Origin: a virus
Strand: one strand, 5' to 3'
DNA: 64,000 nt
IMG/VR virus record: IMGVR_UViG_3300025099_000014
Coordinates: 1 to 64,000 of that record
Each line of letters begins with the position of its first letter. Positions within the stretch are counted from its first letter, which is position 1. The notes beneath the pieces are model-generated. The model did no database searches, was not told the origin of the DNA, and saw only the letters and a list, made by a program, of their open reading frames with translations. Below, one piece after another: positions 46,213 to 56,507 of this stretch. Position numbers and translations under genes: made by a program.

Positions 46213-47243
46213 TGACTGAAAGCGCAATAGTAGCAATTAGTATTTCTGGTTCTACAATTACTAGAGCATCTGGGAATTTTACTACCGATGGTTTTATTGT
46301 TGGGGATTTAATTAGAATTATTGCTTCAACAAATAATACTGGAACATATACTGTAAGCGAAGTAGGAACTACAACAATGGTAGTTACTCAAGCACTAATT
46401 ACTGAAGGTGCTTTTTCTGGAGCAGTAATAAATTATATATTATTTAATACTGAATCCATTTCATCTAGTTCACAAGCCCCACAAACAAGAGGTATGTCTT
46501 ATCACGTTTTCTTAGATTTTAGTGCTAGGGCAGATGACGACTTAGGCTCACAATCTCCAATTACAAATAGAATTGGTCTACTGGCTGAATCTTTTAACGT
46601 ACAAACAAACAAATCAAGACCTACATTTTCTATTCCCGGAACAGCGTTAGTTACTGGTGAATCAAAAACACTATCAATTGACCTTGCAGCGGCAACTAAA
46701 ACGTTTAGTATAACTGGTATTATTACCGAACAATTAATGGTTAGAAAATACCCTACTGGTGGTAAGTTAGATGAAAATAACCCACTTGCTGCTAGTGGTG
46801 AATATCCCGGAAAGGATGGTTCAGAAGTCGCTAGAATTTTTACAGCGCAAGAAATAGCGCAATTTTTACATTCCTCATTAGATTCCTCATTCCTACAACC
46901 ATATCAAAATATTACAAATATGGCCGTACTTATTCCTAGTAGAGTTGGTTATGACTATAACTACCATACAGGTGTTGATGAAAATACCCCTGTAGAATAC
47001 TTACCACTTATCCCATATTCTTTTAAGGCTAGATACCAAGATAACCTTAGAGCAGTTACATTAGATAATTCTGAATACTTCAAACCATCCCATTCCTCAT
47101 CAATAGTTTCTCACCCTGTTGTTATCCAAAGTATTACTACAGATTTTGTGCCGGGGCAACCTTGGTTAACATTTACCATCAATGGTGAATTTATCTTCGA
47201 CGTAATGGGTAGCGCAAAGGATATATTTGGTGAAGATGCATGA
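46212..47243 (+). CDS. Putative distal tail protein
   Basis: Directly after the tape measure; KTFSITGIIT...IQSITTDFVPGQPWLTFTI. Confidence 0.55.
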   Translation: MTESAIVAISISGSTITRASGNFTTDGFIVGDLIRIIASTNNTGTYTVSEVGTTTMVVTQALITEGAFSGAVINYILFNTESISSSSQAPQTRGMSYHVFLDFSARADDDLGSQSPITNRIGLLAESFNVQTNKSRPTFSIPGTALVTGESKTLSIDLAAATKTFSITGIITEQLMVRKYPTGGKLDENNPLAASGEYPGKDGSEVARIFTAQEIAQFLHSSLDSSFLQPYQNITNMAVLIPSRVGYDYNYHTGVDENTPVEYLPLIPYSFKARYQDNLRAVTLDNSEYFKPSHSSSIVSHPVVIQSITTDFVPGQPWLTFTINGEFIFDVMGSAKDIFGEDA

Positions 47244-48355
47244 ATTTAATTCCATATGCGGGAAATCAATATGGGTTAAAATTCCCAGTTCTTTGTGATG
47301 GGTATGTTAGTGTAGATTATTCTGATAATATTGCATCAGAGGCTAGGGGTATTTGGGACCACGAAGGTAGTTTTACAGTTGAAATGTTATTCGTTCCTTA
47401 CGATGTAAACGGATATGGTTCTAATTCTCAGGCTGCAGCCACTTATGATAGGTCTATTAATGGTGACTTTGGACACCAAACTAGTCAAAAAACTATGCCT
47501 TCTAGAGAAAAAAACATCAGTACAACTACATTAGATGAAGGCTACATGCCTACAACTAATAGATTATCTCACCAAATGTGTTTATTTTCAAGTACTAATT
47601 TTAAATTATATTTAATAAACAGCACAACAACAAATGTTAATCAACCAGCGGAGTATTATTTTGAAGCAAAATTAACTACAGGTAGTACAACTAGTACAAT
47701 AAGAACTCCTGTATTATTTAAATCAAGAAATACACATAGTATGAATGCTTCTGCTCCTACCGAGTTTAATTATATTAATAACCAAGTTCATTTGATGGAT
47801 AGTGGATTTAACGCTACCTATCCTTCTTCGGCCGCATCTCCTACTACTAGTAAAATGGATATAATTGATTCAAATAATGGTAGAGCGCAAATAGGTACAA
47901 AGTTATATAAAAGTGATGGAACTGTTATGGGTACTATTACCGCTGCTACGTATACTTCCGGTAGAGCATTACTAACATTAGATTCAAACGTAAGTTCTCT
48001 TAATGGAGAAGATATATACATAGAAGCACCTCGAGAAATTACTTACCCGCTATCACCTCATCATGTTGGGGTTAGTTATCATAAAGCATCTAACTCTATT
48101 AATATATTTTACAACGGTGCTAAGGTTAGTACATTAAAGCACACAGATACAAACACATTTAGTTTCGGTAATGCTGATATTACTTTAGGTCAGGATAGAA
48201 CTAGTTCCTCTAAAAGATATTCACAGTTTATGGGAGAACTTCACGAAGTAGCAGTAATACGTGGTTCAAAAAATTCTATCAATACTACAACTACTTTATT
48301 ACCACAATATAATGATACGTTACTATATGTTGATTTCGAGGAGGCAGATATATGA
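47240..48355 (+). CDS. Tail protein with a LamG/concanavalin A-like domain
   Basis: SFTVEMLF...HHVGVSY...INIFYNG...ITLGQ...FMGELHEVAV. Confidence 0.75.
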   Translation: MNLIPYAGNQYGLKFPVLCDGYVSVDYSDNIASEARGIWDHEGSFTVEMLFVPYDVNGYGSNSQAAATYDRSINGDFGHQTSQKTMPSREKNISTTTLDEGYMPTTNRLSHQMCLFSSTNFKLYLINSTTTNVNQPAEYYFEAKLTTGSTTSTIRTPVLFKSRNTHSMNASAPTEFNYINNQVHLMDSGFNATYPSSAASPTTSKMDIIDSNNGRAQIGTKLYKSDGTVMGTITAATYTSGRALLTLDSNVSSLNGEDIYIEAPREITYPLSPHHVGVSYHKASNSINIFYNGAKVSTLKHTDTNTFSFGNADITLGQDRTSSSKRYSQFMGELHEVAVIRGSKNSINTTTTLLPQYNDTLLYVDFEEADI

Positions 48356-51300
48356 GTTTACACGCAGTAGATACTGGACAAAGTTTACCACCGTTAATTG
48401 ATGTTGTTGGTGACTTTGATGCTAGTGCTAATACTTTTAGTAGAGATAGTGGTGGAACTATTACTGGTTTAAAACAGGGAATGGTTATTACAATTACAAA
48501 TGCTGTTGATGGTGGAAATAATACTAACTATACTTTAACCGCAGATGCAAGCACTACGTTAGCATTAGGAAGTGTCGCCGCTGATGAAAGTAACGACACT
48601 GTTACAATTACTCCTATTATTGGACATAATACACCAACTAACCCTACACTAGTAGAGATAAATAGTACAGCATTAGCCGGTGATATAAACTGTTTTGAGA
48701 TATATAAAACAAGGGGTGCTGCCCCTGCTAATACTTTAAACAGTGTTTCATCATCTACTGTTAATAGATTATATCCAACCAATACTACAATAGATAGTCA
48801 CCAATCGGCTAAAAGTACAACTCCCGGATATAAAATTCATTCAGATGTTACGCTCACAAATATACTAAGTGGTTCTTCTTTGGCTACGGCTAACGATTAT
48901 TTTGTATTGATTTATTCCGATAATGGTAATAAACACCATTTTGCTAAAATTACCGAAGTATTAAATTATGATAATGCTGGAGACGGCTTTGAATTTGAAC
49001 CTAGATTAAAAGAAGATATACCAGAGGGAACCAAATTCGCGGTATACAAAGGGCCTTCATCTACAAATACTGATTTAGTAGCAGTTAGTTACGGCTTAAC
49101 AGGAACAGGTGATAAACATAACCACTATGTAAATGTTAGTCGACCAACGTTTTATTTCTACAATGACCGAATAGATAACCCAATAGATAACGAACTAGCA
49201 CATAATACAAAATATGAAGTTAGGAAAAGTAGATATGATGGGTCTAGCCATGTGCATAGTAGTACTTGTTTCTTAACTAACCAATCATTCGGACCTAGAT
49301 TATTAGATAAAAGTCCATACAAACAAACTGTTAAAATAGTAGATACGGCCCACACATATGATAGCACAGTTAGTGCTAGTACAACAACTCACTATACTAA
49401 TTACGCTGGTTCAGCACAAACATATACTGCCAACTTAACTAGTTGGGACACTTGTTTTTTAAATGCTAGTAGGCCAGTATATACCTTATCTGGTGGATTA
49501 GCAAGTGGAAGTCAATCTGTTGCTACTGTATATTCAGGACCATCTACACATTTATCATTTGTTGAATCACCGGAAATAACTAAAATATTAGAGAACGTAT
49601 CATCAGTTAAGGTGTCTAAAACAGTTACTGTTTCGGGTAACTACGCTGAGTTAGAAATATATGACTTTGAAAAGGTTCTAGATGAAAAAATTAAAATGAA
49701 TGATGATTTTAAAGTTAGAAGCGTATTATACCAACAGAAGTTAAATAATAACTATGATGTAAATTTACCCGGTAAGGTTCACACAAATACTACTGCTGGA
49801 CAGTTAGAGTTTCAAGAACTCGGTGATGAACAAGATTTAGCCCGCCTATTAGGTGATGGGGAAACTATTCGTATAGATGACTATATCTATGTGGTAGCCT
49901 CAATAGCATCTAAATCGGCAGGAACTCAAGTAGTTACAATTGATGCATATAAAACAAAAAATGCAGCCACATTTACAACAGGGACAACAATACATGATAC
50001 TCTATCAGGCGTAAAAGCCTTTAGGAGAGCATGGTCTACGTTAAAATCTAATTTGTTAACTAACGCTAAGATAGATACTGAAGTTGCGGCTGATGGTACA
50101 ATAACTAAAAATGGTATTACTGTTACTACATCTCAAGTAGATTATAGGGATTTAAATATTGTTTTAGATGATGGTGACCTTAAGAGTTATAGATTATCTG
50201 TAGATAAAGGAGATAAGAATAACCAATACTTTGAACTAAATGATAGTGCTTTTAATATTTATCAATATGGTAATGAAAATAGAGGAACTTCTACTGTAAC
50301 AAGTAACTCTGTTAAATATATAGCGCCAATAATTAACTACGTTGGTGGTGGGGCATTTATTGATAATGTTATTTTTGATGGAACTGTTGAATATATTAAT
50401 AGTAAAACTGAAAGTACGCAAATGAAATACACAATTAGTGGTAGAGATGACTTAGGTAAGTTATTAGCAAAGGTAAATAATAAAAAATACCTTTATTCCG
50501 ATGAATATGTTTATTCTACTATGAGTCCGATTAGTCAAATGACTGATACAGGTTTAGATTTGAGAGTTACATCGGGTAGCACTCTCGCTACTCAAGATGC
50601 AGGTTCCGCTAATATTAGTACATCAAGAAGGGGTAGTGGAACGTACGTTCCTTTAGAAATTGGTGATAGAATATATTATAGGTATTTATCCTCACCGAGG
50701 GAACAGTATATTTTGTTAGGTATAGTGTCTGCAAATACCGCTACTTCTGACCCCGGAACTGGAGTAACAGTAACTGTGTCTTTAGAAACACCTCTATCAG
50801 AAGATATATTCAGAGATGTTACTACACCAAAATTTAGTGTTACTGCACCGGGGGCGGGAACGTCACCATTCTCTATTGCTAATTCCACAGAAGCAATAGT
50901 TTATGTGGCTAAATCAACCATTATGGCAGGTAAATCTTTATCAACAAATCAAACTGATACTGATACTCCTACTACCTTAAGAGGTAGTGCAGACAAAGGT
51001 ATAAACTTTATTTCTGGTAAAAAAATAAATGTCTATACTGGGCAGGATTCAACATCATTAGTTGGGTCAAAATCAGACACATATGTAGGATTAGATAATG
51101 AAAACTCATTAGGTTATACTATTTCAAATACTGTTCAAATTGATTCTAATATGTCCCCGGAAGGTTTTGTTCCTTTTAACTCTGATGGTACTGAAAACAA
51201 GTTACACACTGTTTCCTCTATGACCGAGTACGATGTAATAGATATAGAAACGTTAGATGATGGACTTAACAATATCAGCGTAGCCCCAATCATGCCCACT

Positions 51301-54300
51301 GTCTTAGGTAGGATTGATTCAAATACTGCTAGAAAATCTATTACTAACGAACAACATATTTATCTAATTAACAAAGGGGGCTTGCCCTCCGGTGGGATAT
51401 TACACCTATTAAATTCAGAAGCAATAACTAATAACGATTCTGAAAATTACCCTATATCCTTTGTAGGAAAATTAAATGATGATAACCTAGGTTCACCTAA
51501 ACTATATGCAACATATAGTACTAGATTCGGTTCTTTTATGTGGAGGTATTCATACCTTGAAGATGGTAGTATATACTATCAGGATGAAATAGGTGATAGA
51601 ATAACTAATACTGCTAAGACATCTATACTTGGTATTACTGGTCTAGATTTATATAGAGATAAAAAAGGTAATATTAGAGCCTGTCTTACTGGTGTAAGAA
51701 TTGATGGTAATGGACAAACTATCGCTTTAGGTGATGATAACTCAGTTTCTGATACAAAATTACGGGAGGGTTCTCCTGAAACTAGGGGTCCAATGCCCGT
51801 ATTGGGTAGTAATTTCTATGATACAACTTTGATTCCTAGAAACTGTGATAACGCAAATCATAGTCAAGATTCTAGTAGTATTGCGAATAATGACCACGAT
51901 AATTACAGAGAAAAATACTGGGGTAGGTTATTGGCCCAAGACAGCGATGACGATAATATTTTCTATGTAGATAAGATGTTCTTTGAAGCAAATGACCCCA
52001 AAGCAATAAATACTTTTTTGTTTGCATTGGGTGATATTTATCCTGATAGTATGACTAGACCTAATCATATAGGTTACCCTGCAGCCTCACGGTCTTTTAC
52101 AGATTACTCTCTAATTTTTAAAGCCAGCGGTACTACGGTAGCAGGGATAGAGCATGATAAATATGTCGGACAATTAACATCTAAAAGACAAAATGATGCC
52201 TCTTATGATATTTTACCAGTCAACACAAGTTCTATTTCACCTAATACTATGAAAAGATTTGGAGTAGTTAGGTTGGTAGAGATGACTATGGATTGGCATT
52301 TTAATAATGTTGATGTAGAAAATAAAACTGATATAAATAATTATACTGCGATGCTAGATGTTCATAATAAAAAATTCCAATTGCATAATGAATTATTTAG
52401 TGCAAATGACCACCAAGTTAAATTTCATACTGCAGTATTAAATCTTGGAGCAGAATTAACTAATGGTGCTAGTAGTGTGACTTTAAATGCATCTCCAGCG
52501 GCTACAGGTGGAAGGTCTAGTTCAGGATTAACAAGTTTACCTACTAATTATATAAATACTAGCGCAACAGTTACTGCTGTATCTGGTAATGTAATAACAA
52601 TCAGTAATGGTGCTTACGGTAATGCTAGTCACTTTCACGAAGGTATGATTATTGCTAGAATTGGTAATACTGCTACGTCTGTAACTAACGAAGATAGACA
52701 ATATGCTATGATAGAGAGCGCAGCAGATAATAGTTCAAATGTAGAAATTACTCTTAAATCCGCAAGTAGTAGCGAAAATGGTCCTAACGTTCCTGAGTAT
52801 GAAAAGTTATTTGACCATGCTTTGATTAACCATTCACCTGCTGACCCAAGTGTTTCTGGTGGAGATATTATACAAATAGTACCTATTGAAATTTACGCTG
52901 ACCCTCTTACGGGTTCTTCTGCTACAAGTCCTAATAGAGTTTTTATAGGCACAGTTAGTGCCATAAGTGGGGCTACTATAACTTTAGGTTCTAACTATAG
53001 TGGTCCTACTATTGCTAATGGAACTGAAGTATATTTTAGCGTTGGGCCAGATTCAGTTCATCAAAGTGGGACACCTATAAATATTAAACATGATTTTAAT
53101 GTAAAAATACAAGAATTCAATTCACATATTATTAGTGGTAGCGTCCAGTTTCCTTGGTTTGTAACTAATAACAATGCTGGATATAACCACAATAAAGAAT
53201 TAATACATAATCAACTAATAAGTCCTTTATACTTAGGTAACACAAATACTAATGTTATTGCCTCGGACTATGGGCCTCTGGATGTAAATAAGGGATATTC
53301 CCCATTTAAATCTAGTATTCAAGGATTAATTAGAAGTAGTTCTAGAGTTATTAATGAAATGTTAGTACAAGATAGTTTTACGCAAACAAACACTAGTAAT
53401 ACTTCCCGTCTAACGGAAGTAGAAGTTTCTGGTGGTTCTAAGATTAGAAATAATATGATAGGTTTAATTACTAGAGGTTACAAACCGAATGCGTTTTTTG
53501 AAAATACGATGCTAAATGCTAAAAGGTCTAAAGATGTTATATTAGATTACCCATCAAATTCTTCAGATAACACAATGAATGTTAGAACTACAGGGGTTGG
53601 GTATGCTAGTGAATTTCAGGCTGGTGCTTATCTTAACACTAAAATAGGTGTTGATTCAGATGATTTAGAAAATATAGATAAATTTGAGGCCATATATTTT
53701 CACCCAAGAAATGATGAAGATGGTGGTGGTGCTTCCGACGAATTTATTAGATTGTTAAGTAATAAGTTTAGAAGTAGTTTTGCTAGTGTAATTGCAGATG
53801 CTGCGATTCTTGTAGATGATATGGCTAACGCACAATATGGTTCAGGTAGTGTTAACTTTACAGTGGGTGATGCTTTCTTATTAGGTATGCGGGCTGACTA
53901 TATTATAGCAACTACCGGTATGACTTTCCCAATTGTTAATTTAAGTTATCCTAAAGGTGATGGTGATAATTACTTTTATAGCACTTCTTACGGCCAAGCA
54001 TATTTAGGTTCTGCTCAAACTGCTCATAGTGGAACTTCTTCGGATAACCCATACGCTGCTTTGAAGTTTGACGAATTAAGTAGATACACAAATAGTAATA
54101 AATTACAGGACGAAGGTACAGGAGAGTTAAATTCATATTTAGGATTAACTAAGGCGGGTAACGGTATTGAAGAAAAATCATCAAGTCCGGTGCAAGACCA
54201 AAGATTCAATGAAACCTCAATTACCGGAGCAGAAGTATACTATAAACCGGTTGTAAATTTACAGGCTGATGATGTAGGTATTGGTGGAACAATAGATATT

Positions 54301-56115
54301 CATGCTCAGAAAAGACGAAGGATTACTTTTAGTATTTATAATACTCCAGACAGTAATCATATTACCGAACTAATTGAAAATAAAAGTTATGCAAATGACG
54401 GAGATGATAGACAATTACATAGATGGATTCATTTCTGTCCTGACCTTACGGGTTATTATTTAGTTAGTGAAGAAGGCAAAACGTTTGCTAATGCCTCTAC
54501 ATCCAATAGAGCAATTAATAATACTGTTCCCACATTTATACATAAAATTATATCTCATACTATAGAGAAACAATTATCTGAAACAAGTAACACAGAATAC
54601 TTTAAACACGTAATTGAAATAGATAATGCTAATACTTATAGCACAGGGTTTTATCGAGTTATGAGAATATCACAAGATACATTCTATGACTTTACCCCGT
54701 CAGAAATTAACCTGTTAACACTATCTAATTCTTATTCTAAAGTAACAGGTAGCGATAAATGTTATGGGCCTATTAATAGGTTTAACTATTATGATGCTGG
54801 GTTTGATGCCAGTGTAGATACTATGTATAATGAGGGTTTACTATCTATGTTTATGCCTATTAATATAGATGTAATTGACGGAGGCTTCGTAGATATTAGA
54901 AGTGCACAACATTTCGCTACTGCTACTAATTCACCTGAAACAGTTAATGGTGTAGCAAATGTTACAAAACCAAGATTTGTAGATAATACAACATATCAAA
55001 TGTCTATTACCGATGGGCACTCTAGATATAGTTCAGGGGTTAAAGTAGCAAGAGCGAACACCACCCCAGTTGTATATAGATTAGAAATGTCTAATATTAA
55101 AGCAATGGGTGGTGTAGTATCTTTTGGGGAGATTTTTACTTTGTCTACTTTTAATAAACCTAAATTTAATGGTAAGCGATGTTCCATAGGTACTAATTTC
55201 CAAGTAGTAGATGAGGCAGAACAAGTAATTAATGATTTAATAGAAAATACAGATATAACATATACTCAAACAACAGATACTGCAAAGTACTATGAAGCGT
55301 TTAATGTGCAAGGTTTAGACAGTTTTAGTGCTGTGAATTTTGTCGCATCTCTCAAAAATAGAAAATTAATAGTAGACGGTAAAACCGTTCAATTAGTTAA
55401 GGATATTGAAGATGAAGATTATACTAATATTGAATTTAATGAATTTGATGCAGACAATAGAATAGGACAAATATCTAGAGATAATAACTTATTTGATTTC
55501 TTTAATCAAATTACAGTGTATGGTGACGGTGTTAAGAGCACAGTAAGAGATTATAATTCTGTAAAGAAAGATGGGTTAAAAGAATTAGAAGAGGTTGACT
55601 TAACTATAGTCACAGAAGAAGCATGTAAAAGAAAGGCTATGAATCTATTACGAGTTCACTCGGAATCTAGTCCAGCAATATCTTTTAAGGTGTTATATGA
55701 ACAATGCCCATACTTAAGACCCGGACAAATAATTAATATTAATTACCCATCAGAAAAAATAGCAAGGGGTGAGTATATCGTATTGGAAATTAACTATGAA
55801 ATAGGAGGATTTATGGATGTTAAAGTAGGTAAATATGCTAAGAATCTAACAAACCGCATTGCAGAATTATTAGTACAGGGTAAAAGGGTAGATGCTGCTT
55901 TACGTGGTGACCGATATAAAACCACGACTCCTAGCAGTTTTATACAAGAAGAAGTTGCGCTTAGAGCAGTTAAACTTAAAGTACAGTATACTACTGCTAC
56001 AAGTACAGTAGCAAATGTATTTGGATTTACGACCATATTTGGTGTTGATACAACACTAGGAATAACGGTCCCAACAGGAGAGTCAACACAAAACTTGGAG
56101 TATGATTTACTATGA
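48352..56115 (+). CDS. Giant tail tip/baseplate hub protein
   Basis: 2587 aa, S/T/N-rich; hub-like segments IFDGTVEYI...YTISGRD and FNQITVYGDG...LRPGQIINI...YIVLEINY. Confidence 0.75.
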   Translation: MSLHAVDTGQSLPPLIDVVGDFDASANTFSRDSGGTITGLKQGMVITITNAVDGGNNTNYTLTADASTTLALGSVAADESNDTVTITPIIGHNTPTNPTLVEINSTALAGDINCFEIYKTRGAAPANTLNSVSSSTVNRLYPTNTTIDSHQSAKSTTPGYKIHSDVTLTNILSGSSLATANDYFVLIYSDNGNKHHFAKITEVLNYDNAGDGFEFEPRLKEDIPEGTKFAVYKGPSSTNTDLVAVSYGLTGTGDKHNHYVNVSRPTFYFYNDRIDNPIDNELAHNTKYEVRKSRYDGSSHVHSSTCFLTNQSFGPRLLDKSPYKQTVKIVDTAHTYDSTVSASTTTHYTNYAGSAQTYTANLTSWDTCFLNASRPVYTLSGGLASGSQSVATVYSGPSTHLSFVESPEITKILENVSSVKVSKTVTVSGNYAELEIYDFEKVLDEKIKMNDDFKVRSVLYQQKLNNNYDVNLPGKVHTNTTAGQLEFQELGDEQDLARLLGDGETIRIDDYIYVVASIASKSAGTQVVTIDAYKTKNAATFTTGTTIHDTLSGVKAFRRAWSTLKSNLLTNAKIDTEVAADGTITKNGITVTTSQVDYRDLNIVLDDGDLKSYRLSVDKGDKNNQYFELNDSAFNIYQYGNENRGTSTVTSNSVKYIAPIINYVGGGAFIDNVIFDGTVEYINSKTESTQMKYTISGRDDLGKLLAKVNNKKYLYSDEYVYSTMSPISQMTDTGLDLRVTSGSTLATQDAGSANISTSRRGSGTYVPLEIGDRIYYRYLSSPREQYILLGIVSANTATSDPGTGVTVTVSLETPLSEDIFRDVTTPKFSVTAPGAGTSPFSIANSTEAIVYVAKSTIMAGKSLSTNQTDTDTPTTLRGSADKGINFISGKKINVYTGQDSTSLVGSKSDTYVGLDNENSLGYTISNTVQIDSNMSPEGFVPFNSDGTENKLHTVSSMTEYDVIDIETLDDGLNNISVAPIMPTVLGRIDSNTARKSITNEQHIYLINKGGLPSGGILHLLNSEAITNNDSENYPISFVGKLNDDNLGSPKLYATYSTRFGSFMWRYSYLEDGSIYYQDEIGDRITNTAKTSILGITGLDLYRDKKGNIRACLTGVRIDGNGQTIALGDDNSVSDTKLREGSPETRGPMPVLGSNFYDTTLIPRNCDNANHSQDSSSIANNDHDNYREKYWGRLLAQDSDDDNIFYVDKMFFEANDPKAINTFLFALGDIYPDSMTRPNHIGYPAASRSFTDYSLIFKASGTTVAGIEHDKYVGQLTSKRQNDASYDILPVNTSSISPNTMKRFGVVRLVEMTMDWHFNNVDVENKTDINNYTAMLDVHNKKFQLHNELFSANDHQVKFHTAVLNLGAELTNGASSVTLNASPAATGGRSSSGLTSLPTNYINTSATVTAVSGNVITISNGAYGNASHFHEGMIIARIGNTATSVTNEDRQYAMIESAADNSSNVEITLKSASSSENGPNVPEYEKLFDHALINHSPADPSVSGGDIIQIVPIEIYADPLTGSSATSPNRVFIGTVSAISGATITLGSNYSGPTIANGTEVYFSVGPDSVHQSGTPINIKHDFNVKIQEFNSHIISGSVQFPWFVTNNNAGYNHNKELIHNQLISPLYLGNTNTNVIASDYGPLDVNKGYSPFKSSIQGLIRSSSRVINEMLVQDSFTQTNTSNTSRLTEVEVSGGSKIRNNMIGLITRGYKPNAFFENTMLNAKRSKDVILDYPSNSSDNTMNVRTTGVGYASEFQAGAYLNTKIGVDSDDLENIDKFEAIYFHPRNDEDGGGASDEFIRLLSNKFRSSFASVIADAAILVDDMANAQYGSGSVNFTVGDAFLLGMRADYIIATTGMTFPIVNLSYPKGDGDNYFYSTSYGQAYLGSAQTAHSGTSSDNPYAALKFDELSRYTNSNKLQDEGTGELNSYLGLTKAGNGIEEKSSSPVQDQRFNETSITGAEVYYKPVVNLQADDVGIGGTIDIHAQKRRRITFSIYNTPDSNHITELIENKSYANDGDDRQLHRWIHFCPDLTGYYLVSEEGKTFANASTSNRAINNTVPTFIHKIISHTIEKQLSETSNTEYFKHVIEIDNANTYSTGFYRVMRISQDTFYDFTPSEINLLTLSNSYSKVTGSDKCYGPINRFNYYDAGFDASVDTMYNEGLLSMFMPINIDVIDGGFVDIRSAQHFATATNSPETVNGVANVTKPRFVDNTTYQMSITDGHSRYSSGVKVARANTTPVVYRLEMSNIKAMGGVVSFGEIFTLSTFNKPKFNGKRCSIGTNFQVVDEAEQVINDLIENTDITYTQTTDTAKYYEAFNVQGLDSFSAVNFVASLKNRKLIVDGKTVQLVKDIEDEDYTNIEFNEFDADNRIGQISRDNNLFDFFNQITVYGDGVKSTVRDYNSVKKDGLKELEEVDLTIVTEEACKRKAMNLLRVHSESSPAISFKVLYEQCPYLRPGQIININYPSEKIARGEYIVLEINYEIGGFMDVKVGKYAKNLTNRIAELLVQGKRVDAALRGDRYKTTTPSSFIQEEVALRAVKLKVQYTTATSTVANVFGFTTIFGVDTTLGITVPTGESTQNLEYDLL

Positions 56116-56507
56116 TAACAGAACTAGCAAGACAAGCACTTAGGGATTTTGTACAAGATAATTTTTTAGGATATAAAATAGGCACAGGTGGAGATAGTTC
56201 CAACCCAAATGCTACAAACTTAGATGCACCGCTTAGTGTAGGGGGTACAGAACTTCAAACTAGTGGAATAACTATAACCACTTCAGGTATTTCGTCAATT
56301 GATTTCACAATAACTTTAAGTGCTAGTTCCTATGTAGGAGAAGTAATAAGAGAGGTTGGTATTTTTAATACCGCAACAGATATTACAATTGATGGAACAA
56401 CCTACGCGGCTGGTGCAATAATGTTAGTGAGAGTCCCTTTTGATGGTATTGGACCTATTACTTCTAGTGATAATATAGAATTAGTTGTTTCAGTGGACGT
56501 GGTATAA
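56112..56507 (+). CDS. Putative baseplate/fibre attachment protein
   Basis: MITELARQALRD..KIGTGG...IREVGIF pattern typical of tail-fibre attachment domains. Confidence 0.6.
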   Translation: MITELARQALRDFVQDNFLGYKIGTGGDSSNPNATNLDAPLSVGGTELQTSGITITTSGISSIDFTITLSASSYVGEVIREVGIFNTATDITIDGTTYAAGAIMLVRVPFDGIGPITSSDNIELVVSVDVV

